From: a virus
Length of the DNA: 64,000 nucleotides
Reading direction: 5' to 3' (one strand)
Virus record (IMG/VR): IMGVR_UViG_3300031227_007858
Every line of letters starts with the position of its first letter. Position 1 is the stretch's first letter. The notes beneath the pieces are model-generated. The model made no database searches. It saw only the letters and a list, made by a program, of their open reading frames with translations, and was not told the DNA's origin. Made by a program: the position numbers and the translations under genes. Below, piece by piece: positions 56,390 through 64,000 of the stretch.

Positions 56390-56747
56390 CCATATAGTAT
56401 GCAGTTATAACTTTATTATCTTTACCTACTACTACTCTTAAATTATCTTTCTCAAATATCCATCTATTACGAGATTTATATGGTACTTTTGAATGTTCTA
56501 ATGTTTTTCTAATAGCTTCTGGTGTTACAAAAGGATGTCTTACTTGAATATGATTTTCCCATCTATAATCTGTAAGAGTTATTTTACCTATCTTCGTGTT
56601 AAATTGCCAGCAATCTTCTACATCTTTAATACGGCGGAGAGAATTTATATCTTGGTTGAGCAATTTTAACGGAAGGTATGCCATCTTCCCCAAGCTACTC
56701 TCTCCGCACAATAATAATAGTAATAATATTTTAAATATTATCTTCAA
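56379..56747 (-). CDS. Secreted / signal-peptide protein
   Basis: MKIIFKILLLLLLCGESSLG N-terminal signal-like segment. Confidence 0.4.
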   Translation of the reverse strand: MKIIFKILLLLLLCGESSLGKMAYLPLKLLNQDINSLRRIKDVEDCWQFNTKIGKITLTDYRWENHIQVRHPFVTPEAIRKTLEHSKVPYKSRNRWIFEKDNLRVVVGKDNKVITAYYMDER

Positions 56748-56888
56748 TTATTTTTTTCATCTCTTCTCTTTTTCCTTTGATAACACTCCTTACAATTATA
56801 TATTTGATTTTTACTAAATAATTTATTATAATTTTTTTTAATAGCTACTCTTCTTACTTCATTTACCATTTTACCGCAAGTATCACAT

Positions 56889-57182
56889 TTAAACTTTTCC
56901 ATTTAAATATATATCATGTTTGTCATAGTCTTCATTACTACTCTCTATTAATATAGTAAATATTCCATCTTTAAACTCAAATACAACTCCCCCGCCTGTA
57001 TAAGGAGCTATAAATAAATATTCACAAATATCTTCCCAGTTAAAATGCTCTTTTACATACTCCAAACATCTAAGCCCGCTTAAAATATCTTCTTCATCAA
57101 AAGCAGGTGCTCCATAACTATCCCAATCATCTTCTAAATCATAAAAACTATGTATTTTATCCACTGCTTCATTATATGTCAT
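56889..57182 (-). CDS. Hypothetical acidic protein
   Basis: ORF with no recognised motif. Confidence 0.35.
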   Translation of the reverse strand: MTYNEAVDKIHSFYDLEDDWDSYGAPAFDEEDILSGLRCLEYVKEHFNWEDICEYLFIAPYTGGGVVFEFKDGIFTILIESSNEDYDKHDIYLNGKV

Positions 57183-57424
57183 AACTCCTCCAAGTTTTTA
57201 TTTGTTGATAACCTAACACTGTTAACAACAAATTTATATAAATCTTTCATATCCATATATGATGTTAAAAACACCACTACTTTTATAAACAATCCATCTG
57301 GAATATTTTCATTTACTTTCCAAACATTTTTATCATATTCATCGACTCTAAAACAGTCAGGACAAGCTTTTGGTTTAGTATTTGATTCTCCAAAATAATA
57401 ACCACATCCACAACAATATGTCAT
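57179..57424 (-). CDS. Cys-containing hypothetical protein
   Basis: CCGCGYYFGE...CPDC. Confidence 0.3.
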   Translation of the reverse strand: MTYCCGCGYYFGESNTKPKACPDCFRVDEYDKNVWKVNENIPDGLFIKVVVFLTSYMDMKDLYKFVVNSVRLSTNKNLEEL

Positions 57425-57999
57425 AGTTCTTCTTCTTTTACTTTTCTTATTATTATACCACTTTCTTTTAATATAGTATTAGAATATCCATCATACTCCG
57501 ATCCTTCTAAAAAGATTAACTCTTTTACTCCTGCATTAACAATTTCAATTGCACAATCTTTACAAACTTGAGGACACCAGCAATAAAGTGAAGTATCTAA
57601 AGTACTTATCCCATTCCTTGCTGCTTGTATTAATGCATTACGCTCCGCATGCCCTGCTTGACAAAGATGTAATCCTTCTCCTGATTTATAACCTAAAGCT
57701 TTTCTTGGACAATTTGGAAAATAAAAATCTTTATCTAATTTGTGAGGTATTTTATTATCTAATACTAACAAAAAATTACTTGTTCTTTCATTACAATGCT
57801 TTACTCCTCTAGCAGGTCCGTTATACCCTGTAGATATAATAGATTTCTCCTTTACTAACACGGCTCCTATTTTACGAGATAAACATTTACTATTCTTAGA
57901 TACTTCTCTAGCTAATCTTAAAAAATATAAATCCCAATTGTGTTGTTTTGTACTAGTAGGTATTACATGTGCCATCAATAATTTTCTATCCTTTTTCAT
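57421..57999 (-). CDS. dCMP deaminase (CMP/dCMP-type zinc deaminase)
   Basis: WDLYFLRLAREVSKNSKCLSRKIGAVLV...GYNG ... CQAGHAERNALIQAARNG ... CWCPQVCKDCA shows the HAE.NA and PC..CA zinc-ligand motifs. Confidence 0.65.
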   Translation of the reverse strand: MKKDRKLLMAHVIPTSTKQHNWDLYFLRLAREVSKNSKCLSRKIGAVLVKEKSIISTGYNGPARGVKHCNERTSNFLLVLDNKIPHKLDKDFYFPNCPRKALGYKSGEGLHLCQAGHAERNALIQAARNGISTLDTSLYCWCPQVCKDCAIEIVNAGVKELIFLEGSEYDGYSNTILKESGIIIRKVKEEEL

Positions 58000-58259
58000 A
58001 TTAACTCTCTTAATTTATGTAGTTTTTCTAATCTCTCTCTTAAACATAGTTCTTCAAATACTGGAGGAGAATAATTTTTTATCTCTAAAAACATTTTTAA
58101 ATATTCACTAGTTTCATGCATTAAAGTTTGATGTTCATTTAATAGAGCAGAGTGTTTAACATTTAATTTTTTTATTTCTTTTACATACCTATTATCTAAT
58201 ATCAATCTTAAACATAAAACAACTCCTAATGTTCCCCAAATTATTGTTAAAATTAACAT
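57996..58259 (-). CDS. Small N-terminal membrane-anchored protein
   Basis: MLILTIIWGTLGVVLCLRLIL. Confidence 0.35.
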   Translation of the reverse strand: MLILTIIWGTLGVVLCLRLILDNRYVKEIKKLNVKHSALLNEHQTLMHETSEYLKMFLEIKNYSPPVFEELCLRERLEKLHKLRELI

Positions 58260-58268
58260 TTTTACTCC

Positions 58269-58742
58269 TTATTTTTCAGCCCATTTAAGCAAATCTTTTC
58301 CTAGTCTTTTAGCTGTTTTATTTTGAAATGTTAAATGACAACTGTGACATAAAGTTATTGCATTATTTTTATTCCAACAAAGTTCAGGATATTGTTCTTT
58401 TGGCTTTATGTGATGAACATCCAATTTTTTATGATATCCTTTTAAATCTTTTTGTTTTATTCCACATAATTGACAAGTATAGTTATCTCGTTCTCTGATT
58501 TTCTCACAAAATTGACTCCATTTAATCCAGCCTCTAGAAATACTCCCATTTAATATAGCTTCTAATTCTGTATGTTTTCTTTTTAAAGAAACCCTACCTT
58601 TCATTTTTTGACTTTGTTTTTCTTTACTTTCTTTAGTATGATGCTTACCTGATATCCAAGGAATTATACCTTTTAATGCTTCGCTTATTTTTCTTTTATG
58701 TTCTTTGGTAAATGGTTTTCTTTTATAAACTCCTGTTGGCAT
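58269..58742 (-). mobile_element. Freestanding HNH homing endonuclease with NUMOD3-like repeats
   Basis: KPFTKEHKRKISEALKG and HHTKESKEKQSQKMKG repeats. HNH core CQLCG...HHIKP...LCHSCH. Confidence 0.65.
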
Positions 58743-59031
58743 TTCTACTCCTCTTATTTGCCCAACTCAATAAATCTTTACCTAATTTATGGGCAGTTTG
58801 GGGGTCTAATATAACCATATCTGTCCAAGGTTTATTATATTTAAACATATCGCTAGTATATTTTAATTTTTCTTTAAATGAAAAGTTATCATTTCCAAAC
58901 CCTTGTCTAAAAAAACCTAAATCTATTAAAGGGTATTCAACTCCTTTATCATCTTTTTCCTGATATTCATAACTTAACATTATTCCTTCAGTACAACAAT
59001 TACACTCATAAAACTTATTCCATATTTTCAT
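58723..59031 (-). CDS. Hypothetical protein (Cys cluster CNCC); C-terminus duplicated at the HNH gene's C-terminus
   Basis: C-terminal AHKLGKDLLSWANKR resembles the HNH C-terminal AKRLGKDLLKWAEK. Confidence 0.35.
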   Translation of the reverse strand: MKIWNKFYECNCCTEGIMLSYEYQEKDDKGVEYPLIDLGFFRQGFGNDNFSFKEKLKYTSDMFKYNKPWTDMVILDPQTAHKLGKDLLSWANKRSRNANRSL

Positions 59032-59215
59032 TATTTCTCCTTCTAGGCATTAGCTCCCACTCATAAAAATAAACTTCTTTAGCCGATCCTTCCCAGAAAT
59101 ATCTAACCTCATATTTAATACCTTTTTCAATAACCCAAATAGATGTAATAACTCCATTTGTGTCTAACTCTAAAATATTTACTTTATCTAGTAGATCAAA
59201 TTTATTATCTATCAT
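59015..59215 (-). CDS. Hypothetical protein
   Basis: ORF with no recognised motif. Confidence 0.3.
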   Translation of the reverse strand: MIDNKFDLLDKVNILELDTNGVITSIWVIEKGIKYEVRYFWEGSAKEVYFYEWELMPRRRNNENME

Positions 59216-59579
59216 TATGTTTGTCCTCTTTTATAAAGACTCCAGGATTACATCCTTTTTTCATTCCTTTTGGAGACTCTCCATTTATAGGAATACCTGA
59301 CAAAATTCCAATATCAACTCCAAATTTTTTAAGAAGTTTTTCATGTAACTCTTCTTCTTGTTTTTTAGTTAAATTTAATGGCTCAATCGGTTCTATTCCA
59401 TCTCTTATTATGGAAGGAATATATCCATTTATATATGGAAATTTTATTCCTTTAAATATGTCTATCATAGATCTTGGCTCTTTTATATATATAGCAGGTC
59501 TCTTCAAAATATTAACTGAAAACCATGCTATAGGAAAATGCCACAAACTTTTATAATAAAACTTACCTATTTTTATCAT
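59205..59579 (-). CDS. Hypothetical protein
   Basis: Preferred over the antisense ORF 59158..59556 by strand context. Confidence 0.3.
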   Translation of the reverse strand: MIKIGKFYYKSLWHFPIAWFSVNILKRPAIYIKEPRSMIDIFKGIKFPYINGYIPSIIRDGIEPIEPLNLTKKQEEELHEKLLKKFGVDIGILSGIPINGESPKGMKKGCNPGVFIKEDKHNDR

Positions 59580-59598
59580 CTTATAATTCCTTTATTTT

Positions 59599-59847
59599 TT
59601 ATCCAGTATATCCATCCGCTACTTCTTCATTGACAATCTTAACTTTTTTACTTGTAGCCCACTCAATACCTTCTATAAAACCTTCAAGTCTGTATTCACC
59701 AGAATCATGATAAGAATCTCCAAAATATTTAATTTTTTTCTTTCCATCAAAAACTTCTATACAATAATAATCTTCACAAAATTCTTTATCATCTTCATCA
59801 TAATGTGTAACAACTTTTAATTTAATTATCTCATCACTTTTTTCCAT
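59599..59847 (-). CDS. Hypothetical acidic protein
   Basis: ORF with no recognised motif. Confidence 0.3.
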   Translation of the reverse strand: MEKSDEIIKLKVVTHYDEDDKEFCEDYYCIEVFDGKKKIKYFGDSYHDSGEYRLEGFIEGIEWATSKKVKIVNEEVADGYTG

Positions 59848-59848
59848 T

Positions 59849-61897
59849 TTACAATTCCTTTATCTTTTCCCAAGGGAATTTATCTCTTCCAAAATGACCA
59901 TAAGATGCAGTCTCTTCATATATAGGTTTTCTTAAATCTAAATACTCTATTATTGCTTGTGGTCTTAAATCAAAATTCTTTTTAATTATGTCTATTAAAT
60001 TCTCATCATTCAAACCACCTAAATCAGTTTTTACAAATATACTAACAGGTTCAATTACACCTATCGCATAAGCTATTTGAACTAAACATCTACGACCATA
60101 TTTGCTAGCTACAATACTCTTAGCAATGTGTCTAGCCATATAAGCACCGCTTCTATCTACTTTAGTAGGGTCTTTACCACTATTCCCAGTTACAAATACT
60201 CTATTATTTCTTCTAACTATTAATATACCGCTTGGTACAGTAAAGCAATACATTTTAGAATCTTTTGTTACGCACGGCTTAATATTTACTTTTTCTTTTC
60301 TACTATAACCATTTTTTATTCCAACATATTTATTCTTTTTTAGATTGACAATGTAACAAATAGATTTAATTGTATATTTATTTTTCTTTAATCCTACCCT
60401 ATCATCAATTAAAATAGAAGTATTAGTATGATAAATAGACATAAATATAAACTGTACAAAATCTGCATCTTCTTTTTGAGTTGTTCTAAAACACTTATTA
60501 AGTATACCATCCCATTGAGTTACTTCTTTAGCTATAATAGCCATTTGCTCTTTATTTATTTTGTTTCTAAAACACTCAACCAAACTTTTACTGATAATAG
60601 GGGGGATAAAATAAAATCTTGTAAAATTATCAGAATTTGTTTTTTCAGTAAAAAAAGTATTGGAGTTTAATAATAACTGTTTTAATCTTTCGATTTTATT
60701 TTTCTTTTTTAAACTTATTCTAAACTTATTTTTTTCTTTATTTATAGTACCATCAGCACAAAATGCTACTTGTAACTGTATTTGATCATCTGATAAATTT
60801 ATTCCTTTACATAGAGAATTATATTTAAAATAAACAGGTATTTCACCTCCAAACCCTAATTTTGCATTTTGATGCTGTTTTATTACATCTTTAACTTTTT
60901 TCTTATTAAGGTTATTTTTAGATGTTTTATAAACAATATCATGGTTTTCTGATAACACCATATCTATATTATAAGGAGTATAAAAATGATACATTTTATC
61001 AGCTTTACATTCTATATAATCTATAGGTTTTACAAATTCTAATATCCCATTATTCCATTGGGCAATTAAATCATTTTTATTATAAGAATTTATTTTTTTC
61101 CACCCATTAAGTGTTAAATATTCTGTTTCTGAATCTAAACAAAATGCTCCACCCCCATGACCTACTAAACCACCATAAGTATCTACTATAATCTTTCTGC
61201 CTGTTAACCCTGTATCAGCCACAGGTCCACCAATTTCAAATTTACCTGTAGGATTGATATGTATTTTCAAATCATTAAAGCGTAAACAAGGTGGGACTGT
61301 TTTATTAATAACTTTCTCAATAATATCTTGCTTTAAATATTCATAATAATCATAGTCTATACTTTCATGTTGGCTACTTATTACTATAGTAGTAACTTTC
61401 TCTGGAATATGTCCGTTATATTCAACAGTTACTTGACTTTTACCATCAGGTTTTAAATAACCCACTTCTTGACTCTTTCTAACATCTGCTAATTTTTTAG
61501 TTAATTTATGAGCTAAATATATAGGTAGAGGCATATACTCTTTTGTTTCATCAGTAGCATAACCTATCATCATTCCTTGGTCTCCTGCCCCACCTGTATC
61601 TACGCCTTGAGCAATATCTTTGGATTGGGAATGAATACTGTTTAATATACCAAAATCATCTGGATTATATCCTATTCTAGTTAATACTCTTTTAACTGTT
61701 TTATTAATCTCACATTCACCTTTAGTAGTTACTTCTCCAGCTACTATTATTAATCCATTAGTAGCCATTGTTTCTACAGCTACTCTACTCATAGGGTCTT
61801 GTTTTAATAAATCATCTAATATAGCGTCACTTATTTGGTCACAAACTTTATCTACATGTCCTTCAGTTACGCTTTCTGCTGTTATCAGTTTTTTCAC
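59849..61897 (-). CDS. metK: S-adenosylmethionine synthetase (methionine adenosyltransferase) interrupted by an intein
   Basis: Extein carries MetK hallmarks: N-terminal ...SVTEGHVDKVCDQISDAILD, GMMIGYA, GGPVADTGLTGRKIIVDTYGG, and GHGGGAF|...|SGKDPTKVDRSGAY, which is split by 320 aa. Extein total is 362 aa. Confidence 0.8.
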   Translation of the reverse strand: MKKLITAESVTEGHVDKVCDQISDAILDDLLKQDPMSRVAVETMATNGLIIVAGEVTTKGECEINKTVKRVLTRIGYNPDDFGILNSIHSQSKDIAQGVDTGGAGDQGMMIGYATDETKEYMPLPIYLAHKLTKKLADVRKSQEVGYLKPDGKSQVTVEYNGHIPEKVTTIVISSQHESIDYDYYEYLKQDIIEKVINKTVPPCLRFNDLKIHINPTGKFEIGGPVADTGLTGRKIIVDTYGGLVGHGGGAFCLDSETEYLTLNGWKKINSYNKNDLIAQWNNGILEFVKPIDYIECKADKMYHFYTPYNIDMVLSENHDIVYKTSKNNLNKKKVKDVIKQHQNAKLGFGGEIPVYFKYNSLCKGINLSDDQIQLQVAFCADGTINKEKNKFRISLKKKNKIERLKQLLLNSNTFFTEKTNSDNFTRFYFIPPIISKSLVECFRNKINKEQMAIIAKEVTQWDGILNKCFRTTQKEDADFVQFIFMSIYHTNTSILIDDRVGLKKNKYTIKSICYIVNLKKNKYVGIKNGYSRKEKVNIKPCVTKDSKMYCFTVPSGILIVRRNNRVFVTGNSGKDPTKVDRSGAYMARHIAKSIVASKYGRRCLVQIAYAIGVIEPVSIFVKTDLGGLNDENLIDIIKKNFDLRPQAIIEYLDLRKPIYEETASYGHFGRDKFPWEKIKEL
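60182..61141 (-). mobile_element. Intein (320 aa) in metK at the GGGAF/SGKDP junction, with a central endonuclease-like region
   Basis: Starts CLDSETEYLTLNG (block A-like) and has a block B-like TPYNIDMVLSENHDIVYKT (ENH). Ends ...FVTGN followed by Ser(+1). Interior QLQVAFCADGTI is LAGLIDADG-like. Boundaries computed from codon positions. Confidence 0.7.
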
Positions 61898-62099
61898 TTT
61901 TTCTCCTCTTTATTGATTTATCTATATAATAAAAAAAGCAATACCAATGATAAGGTTTATTTTTCTTTTCTCCTATTACTGTGATAACTGAATGTCTTTG
62001 GTCTCTGGATATGATTTTTTTACATTTAGTACATATCCAGAAATCATCTCCATCTAAATAATCATCATCAAATATGCTTTTTCTATGAGTTTTCTCCAC
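61863..62099 (-). CDS. Zinc-ribbon mini-protein
   Basis: CTKCKK...HWYC. Confidence 0.3.
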   Translation of the reverse strand: MEKTHRKSIFDDDYLDGDDFWICTKCKKIISRDQRHSVITVIGEKKNKPYHWYCFFYYIDKSIKRRKSEKTDNSRKRN

Positions 62100-62100
62100 T

Positions 62101-62337
62101 TTACTTATTAAAATCTTGTATTGTAAAAATTTTAGAATTTTGTTTATTTATATTATTATTAAGATTTCTACCATATCCTAACCCTCTACCACGACCACCA
62201 CCTCTTCCTAAACTCCTACCTATACTTCTTCCTAACTTCCTAAAAAATCCTTCTTTTACAGGTACTACACAATTCCCCATTCCTCTTCCAGTCATTGGTC
62301 CTTTTCCTTCAGGCCCTGTAAAATCTCTGTTTGGCAT
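62101..62337 (-). CDS. Small Gly/Arg-rich protein (DUF5320-like recollection)
   Basis: MPNRDFTGPEGKGPMTGRGMGNC, then a GR-rich tract RSIGRSLGRGGGRGRGLGYGR. Confidence 0.35.
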   Translation of the reverse strand: MPNRDFTGPEGKGPMTGRGMGNCVVPVKEGFFRKLGRSIGRSLGRGGGRGRGLGYGRNLNNNINKQNSKIFTIQDFNK

Positions 62338-62339
62338 AG

Positions 62340-62795
62340 TTAAACCCTCCTAGCTCTTAATACTGTATTTTTACTAACATTTAAAATTTTTGCTATTTTT
62401 CTAGAAGAAAATCCTTTCTTCGTTAAATTTTTAACTTTTTCTGCTATCTTATATCTGATTCTATGATATTGTTTAGAACCTAAACGTTGCTTATTATGTA
62501 ATGTGCAATGCTCAGATTGGGTCATTATTTGTAAATTGTTTTTATTATTATTAGTAACATCTCCATCTATATGATGAACAACATACTCTTTTGGGCAGTT
62601 CATTATTTTATTAGCTTTTTTTCTACAATATGTTTCTACTGTAGATTTAGCCAAATTATTTAAATTGTCAATACCACCTTTCCAATTAACGTGCTCTTTA
62701 CCTGACTTAAAGCTAGTATTAGTAGCGTGTCTAGGCATTTTACTTCTCCTTTTTAATTTTATTTTTAAAATCTCTTTCAAATAATTTACAAGCAT
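62340..62795 (-). mobile_element. Freestanding HNH endonuclease with a C-terminal HTH
   Basis: HHIDGDVTNNNKNNLQIMTQSEHCTLH HNH core. C-terminal KKGFSSRKIAKILNVSKNTVLRARR helix-turn-helix. Confidence 0.6.
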
Positions 62796-62922
62796 GTATA
62801 TCTACAAACTCTGCCATTTTAAAGTCATCACAAAATAAATAATATTTATCATTTTCCATATAAGTCCACCAACGAACATTATCTAATAATATATCTTCTC
62901 TTATCTTAAAACTTTTTTCCAT
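62740..62922 (-). CDS. Hypothetical small protein
   Basis: 60-aa ORF; weak. Confidence 0.2.
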   Translation of the reverse strand: MEKSFKIREDILLDNVRWWTYMENDKYYLFCDDFKMAEFVDIHACKLFERDFKNKIKKEK

Positions 62923-63205
62923 GTTTTTTAGGTCTTTTCTTATTTATTTCAATCTTCTTATTTAACTCTTTTTCTAAATCTATATCCCGTGCTCCACAAT
63001 AATCAAAAATTCTTATACAACAATCTGCTAACTCTTCTCCAACATTATTTTTACTTTCATCTATTTGTCTCAATGCTTCTAATGCTTCAGATAACTCACT
63101 GTGCATTAAAGCAATTAATTCTCCATTATTTCTAGGCTCATCCCAGAATCCCTTTTCCACCGCTACTTGATGACATTTTTTACACATCTCATTTATATTC
63201 ATCAT
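62906..63205 (-). CDS. MazG-like nucleoside triphosphate pyrophosphohydrolase
   Basis: GFWDEPRNNGELIALMHSELSEALEALR ... GEELADCCIRIFDYC ... DLEKELNKKIEINKKR matches the MazG/HisE-type all-alpha NTP-PPase pattern. Confidence 0.6.
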   Translation of the reverse strand: MMNINEMCKKCHQVAVEKGFWDEPRNNGELIALMHSELSEALEALRQIDESKNNVGEELADCCIRIFDYCGARDIDLEKELNKKIEINKKRPKKHGKKF

Positions 63206-63399
63206 CTTCTCCTAACAAAAAACTTATCCCAACAATCGAAAGCTATATAATAACCTATAAAACCTACTATCATAGCAATTATTTTATTAGGCATATTATT
63301 CATTATTGATGTAGTTGAAATAATTATTAAAAAAATACCAAGTTTTTTATAATCAAGATCCTCAAATGCCCATTTAAACCATGCAATTATTTTTTTCAT
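63202..63399 (-). CDS. Small membrane protein
   Basis: LGIFLIIISTTSIM ... IIAMIVGFIGYYIAF. Confidence 0.35.
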   Translation of the reverse strand: MKKIIAWFKWAFEDLDYKKLGIFLIIISTTSIMNNMPNKIIAMIVGFIGYYIAFDCWDKFFVRRR

Positions 63400-63995
63400 A
63401 TAGTCTCCTTTTTTCCAAAAAATGCATCATTATCCCATTTATTATTGTTTTCTTGTTCTTTCATAATATTATCTAGTAACTTCCATCCTTTTTGTGTTTT
63501 ATTTACAACTAACTCTTGTAACTCTATTGGCATTCTTTCTTTATACCAATATCTTCTATCTTCTAATTTAATAGTTTTAATATAATCTTCTATTGGTAAT
63601 TCACAATAATTAAATACTTTTTTTAATACTTCTTGAGTATTTCCTATTAAATCATCATAAATAACAGGCATAAAATCCATTTCTTTTCTTGCTTCTTCTA
63701 GATACTCTATAGTTTCTACCCATTTTTGAGATAATACTTTATATATTTTTTTAGTTTCTTTCATTAAATGTTGTAATTTAAATGGTCTCCAAGAATTTAT
63801 AGTTTGTAATGGATTTCTATATATAGCAATAATTTTAGGATTGGGAAATATAGTAGGTAATATTTTTACAGCAAAAGATAAACTAGGAGATTTAGTAATA
63901 AATCTAGGTTCTTCTAATCCTTCAGTTAATCTAGCTTTTATTATCTCCTTTTGTTTCTCAGTAAAACTATCTTCAGTTATTAATTCTTTGCCCAT
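63396..63995 (-). CDS. Hypothetical protein; weak sulfotransferase-like motifs
   Basis: ITKSPSLSF (PSB-like) and AIYRNPLQTINSW (RNP..xxxS-like), but the spacing between them is atypically short. Confidence 0.25.
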   Translation of the reverse strand: MGKELITEDSFTEKQKEIIKARLTEGLEEPRFITKSPSLSFAVKILPTIFPNPKIIAIYRNPLQTINSWRPFKLQHLMKETKKIYKVLSQKWVETIEYLEEARKEMDFMPVIYDDLIGNTQEVLKKVFNYCELPIEDYIKTIKLEDRRYWYKERMPIELQELVVNKTQKGWKLLDNIMKEQENNNKWDNDAFFGKKETI

Positions 63996-64000
63996 CTGTA

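Noticed and set aside
63396-63995. Second sulfotransferase
   Set aside because: PSB-like and RNP-like motifs are only ~25 aa apart instead of ~70-100 aa. It is left as hypothetical with a note.
1-64000. CRISPR arrays, rRNA genes, integrase or attachment sites
   Set aside because: No regularly spaced direct repeats with unique spacers, no rRNA-like conserved blocks, and no tyrosine or serine recombinase motifs were seen. The two tRNA-like genes are not adjacent to any integrase.

Overview
This AT-rich (roughly 27-30% GC) window appears to be a contiguous piece of a large bacteriophage genome. Genes on the + strand run from 1 to about 34.3 kb; a convergent minus-strand block runs from 34.3 to 64 kb.

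The first ~13 kb encode a virion tail module. It holds a repeat-bearing tail protein, a 1095-aa tail/host-specificity protein, a Ser/Thr/Gly-rich tail fiber, and three tandem receptor-binding-like paralogs. A possible nested spanin-like gene pair follows.

Most of the rest is a dense auxiliary-metabolism region. Its most distinctive content is a toolkit for making and transferring a nonulosonic acid (sialic-acid-like sugar). This includes a NeuB-like synthase, two NeuA/KdsB-like cytidylyltransferases, and a DegT-family aminotransferase. There are five Cst-II/Maf-like (GT42/DUF115-like) transferases and several GT2-like glycosyltransferases. Several class I methyltransferases and four radical SAM enzymes are present, two of them B12-binding. 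There is also an APS kinase with a putative sulfotransferase, an acyl carrier protein, a split TPP-dependent E1-like enzyme, and an RraA-like protein.

A dispersed SAM and polyamine module is also present: a SAM synthetase (MetK) interrupted by a 320-aa intein, SAM decarboxylase plus spermidine synthase, and an MTA/purine nucleoside phosphorylase.

Other content includes five YopX-family paralogs and many freestanding homing endonucleases. There is a pilin-like protein, an SPFH protein and a ClpP/NfeD-like protease, a dCMP deaminase, a MazG-like hydrolase, and many Cys-rich mini-proteins. Two tRNA-like genes lie on the minus strand; one has an unusual 34-41 nt insertion in the anticodon region.

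No CRISPR array, integrase or rRNA was seen. All functional calls rest on motif recognition by eye, without database searches.
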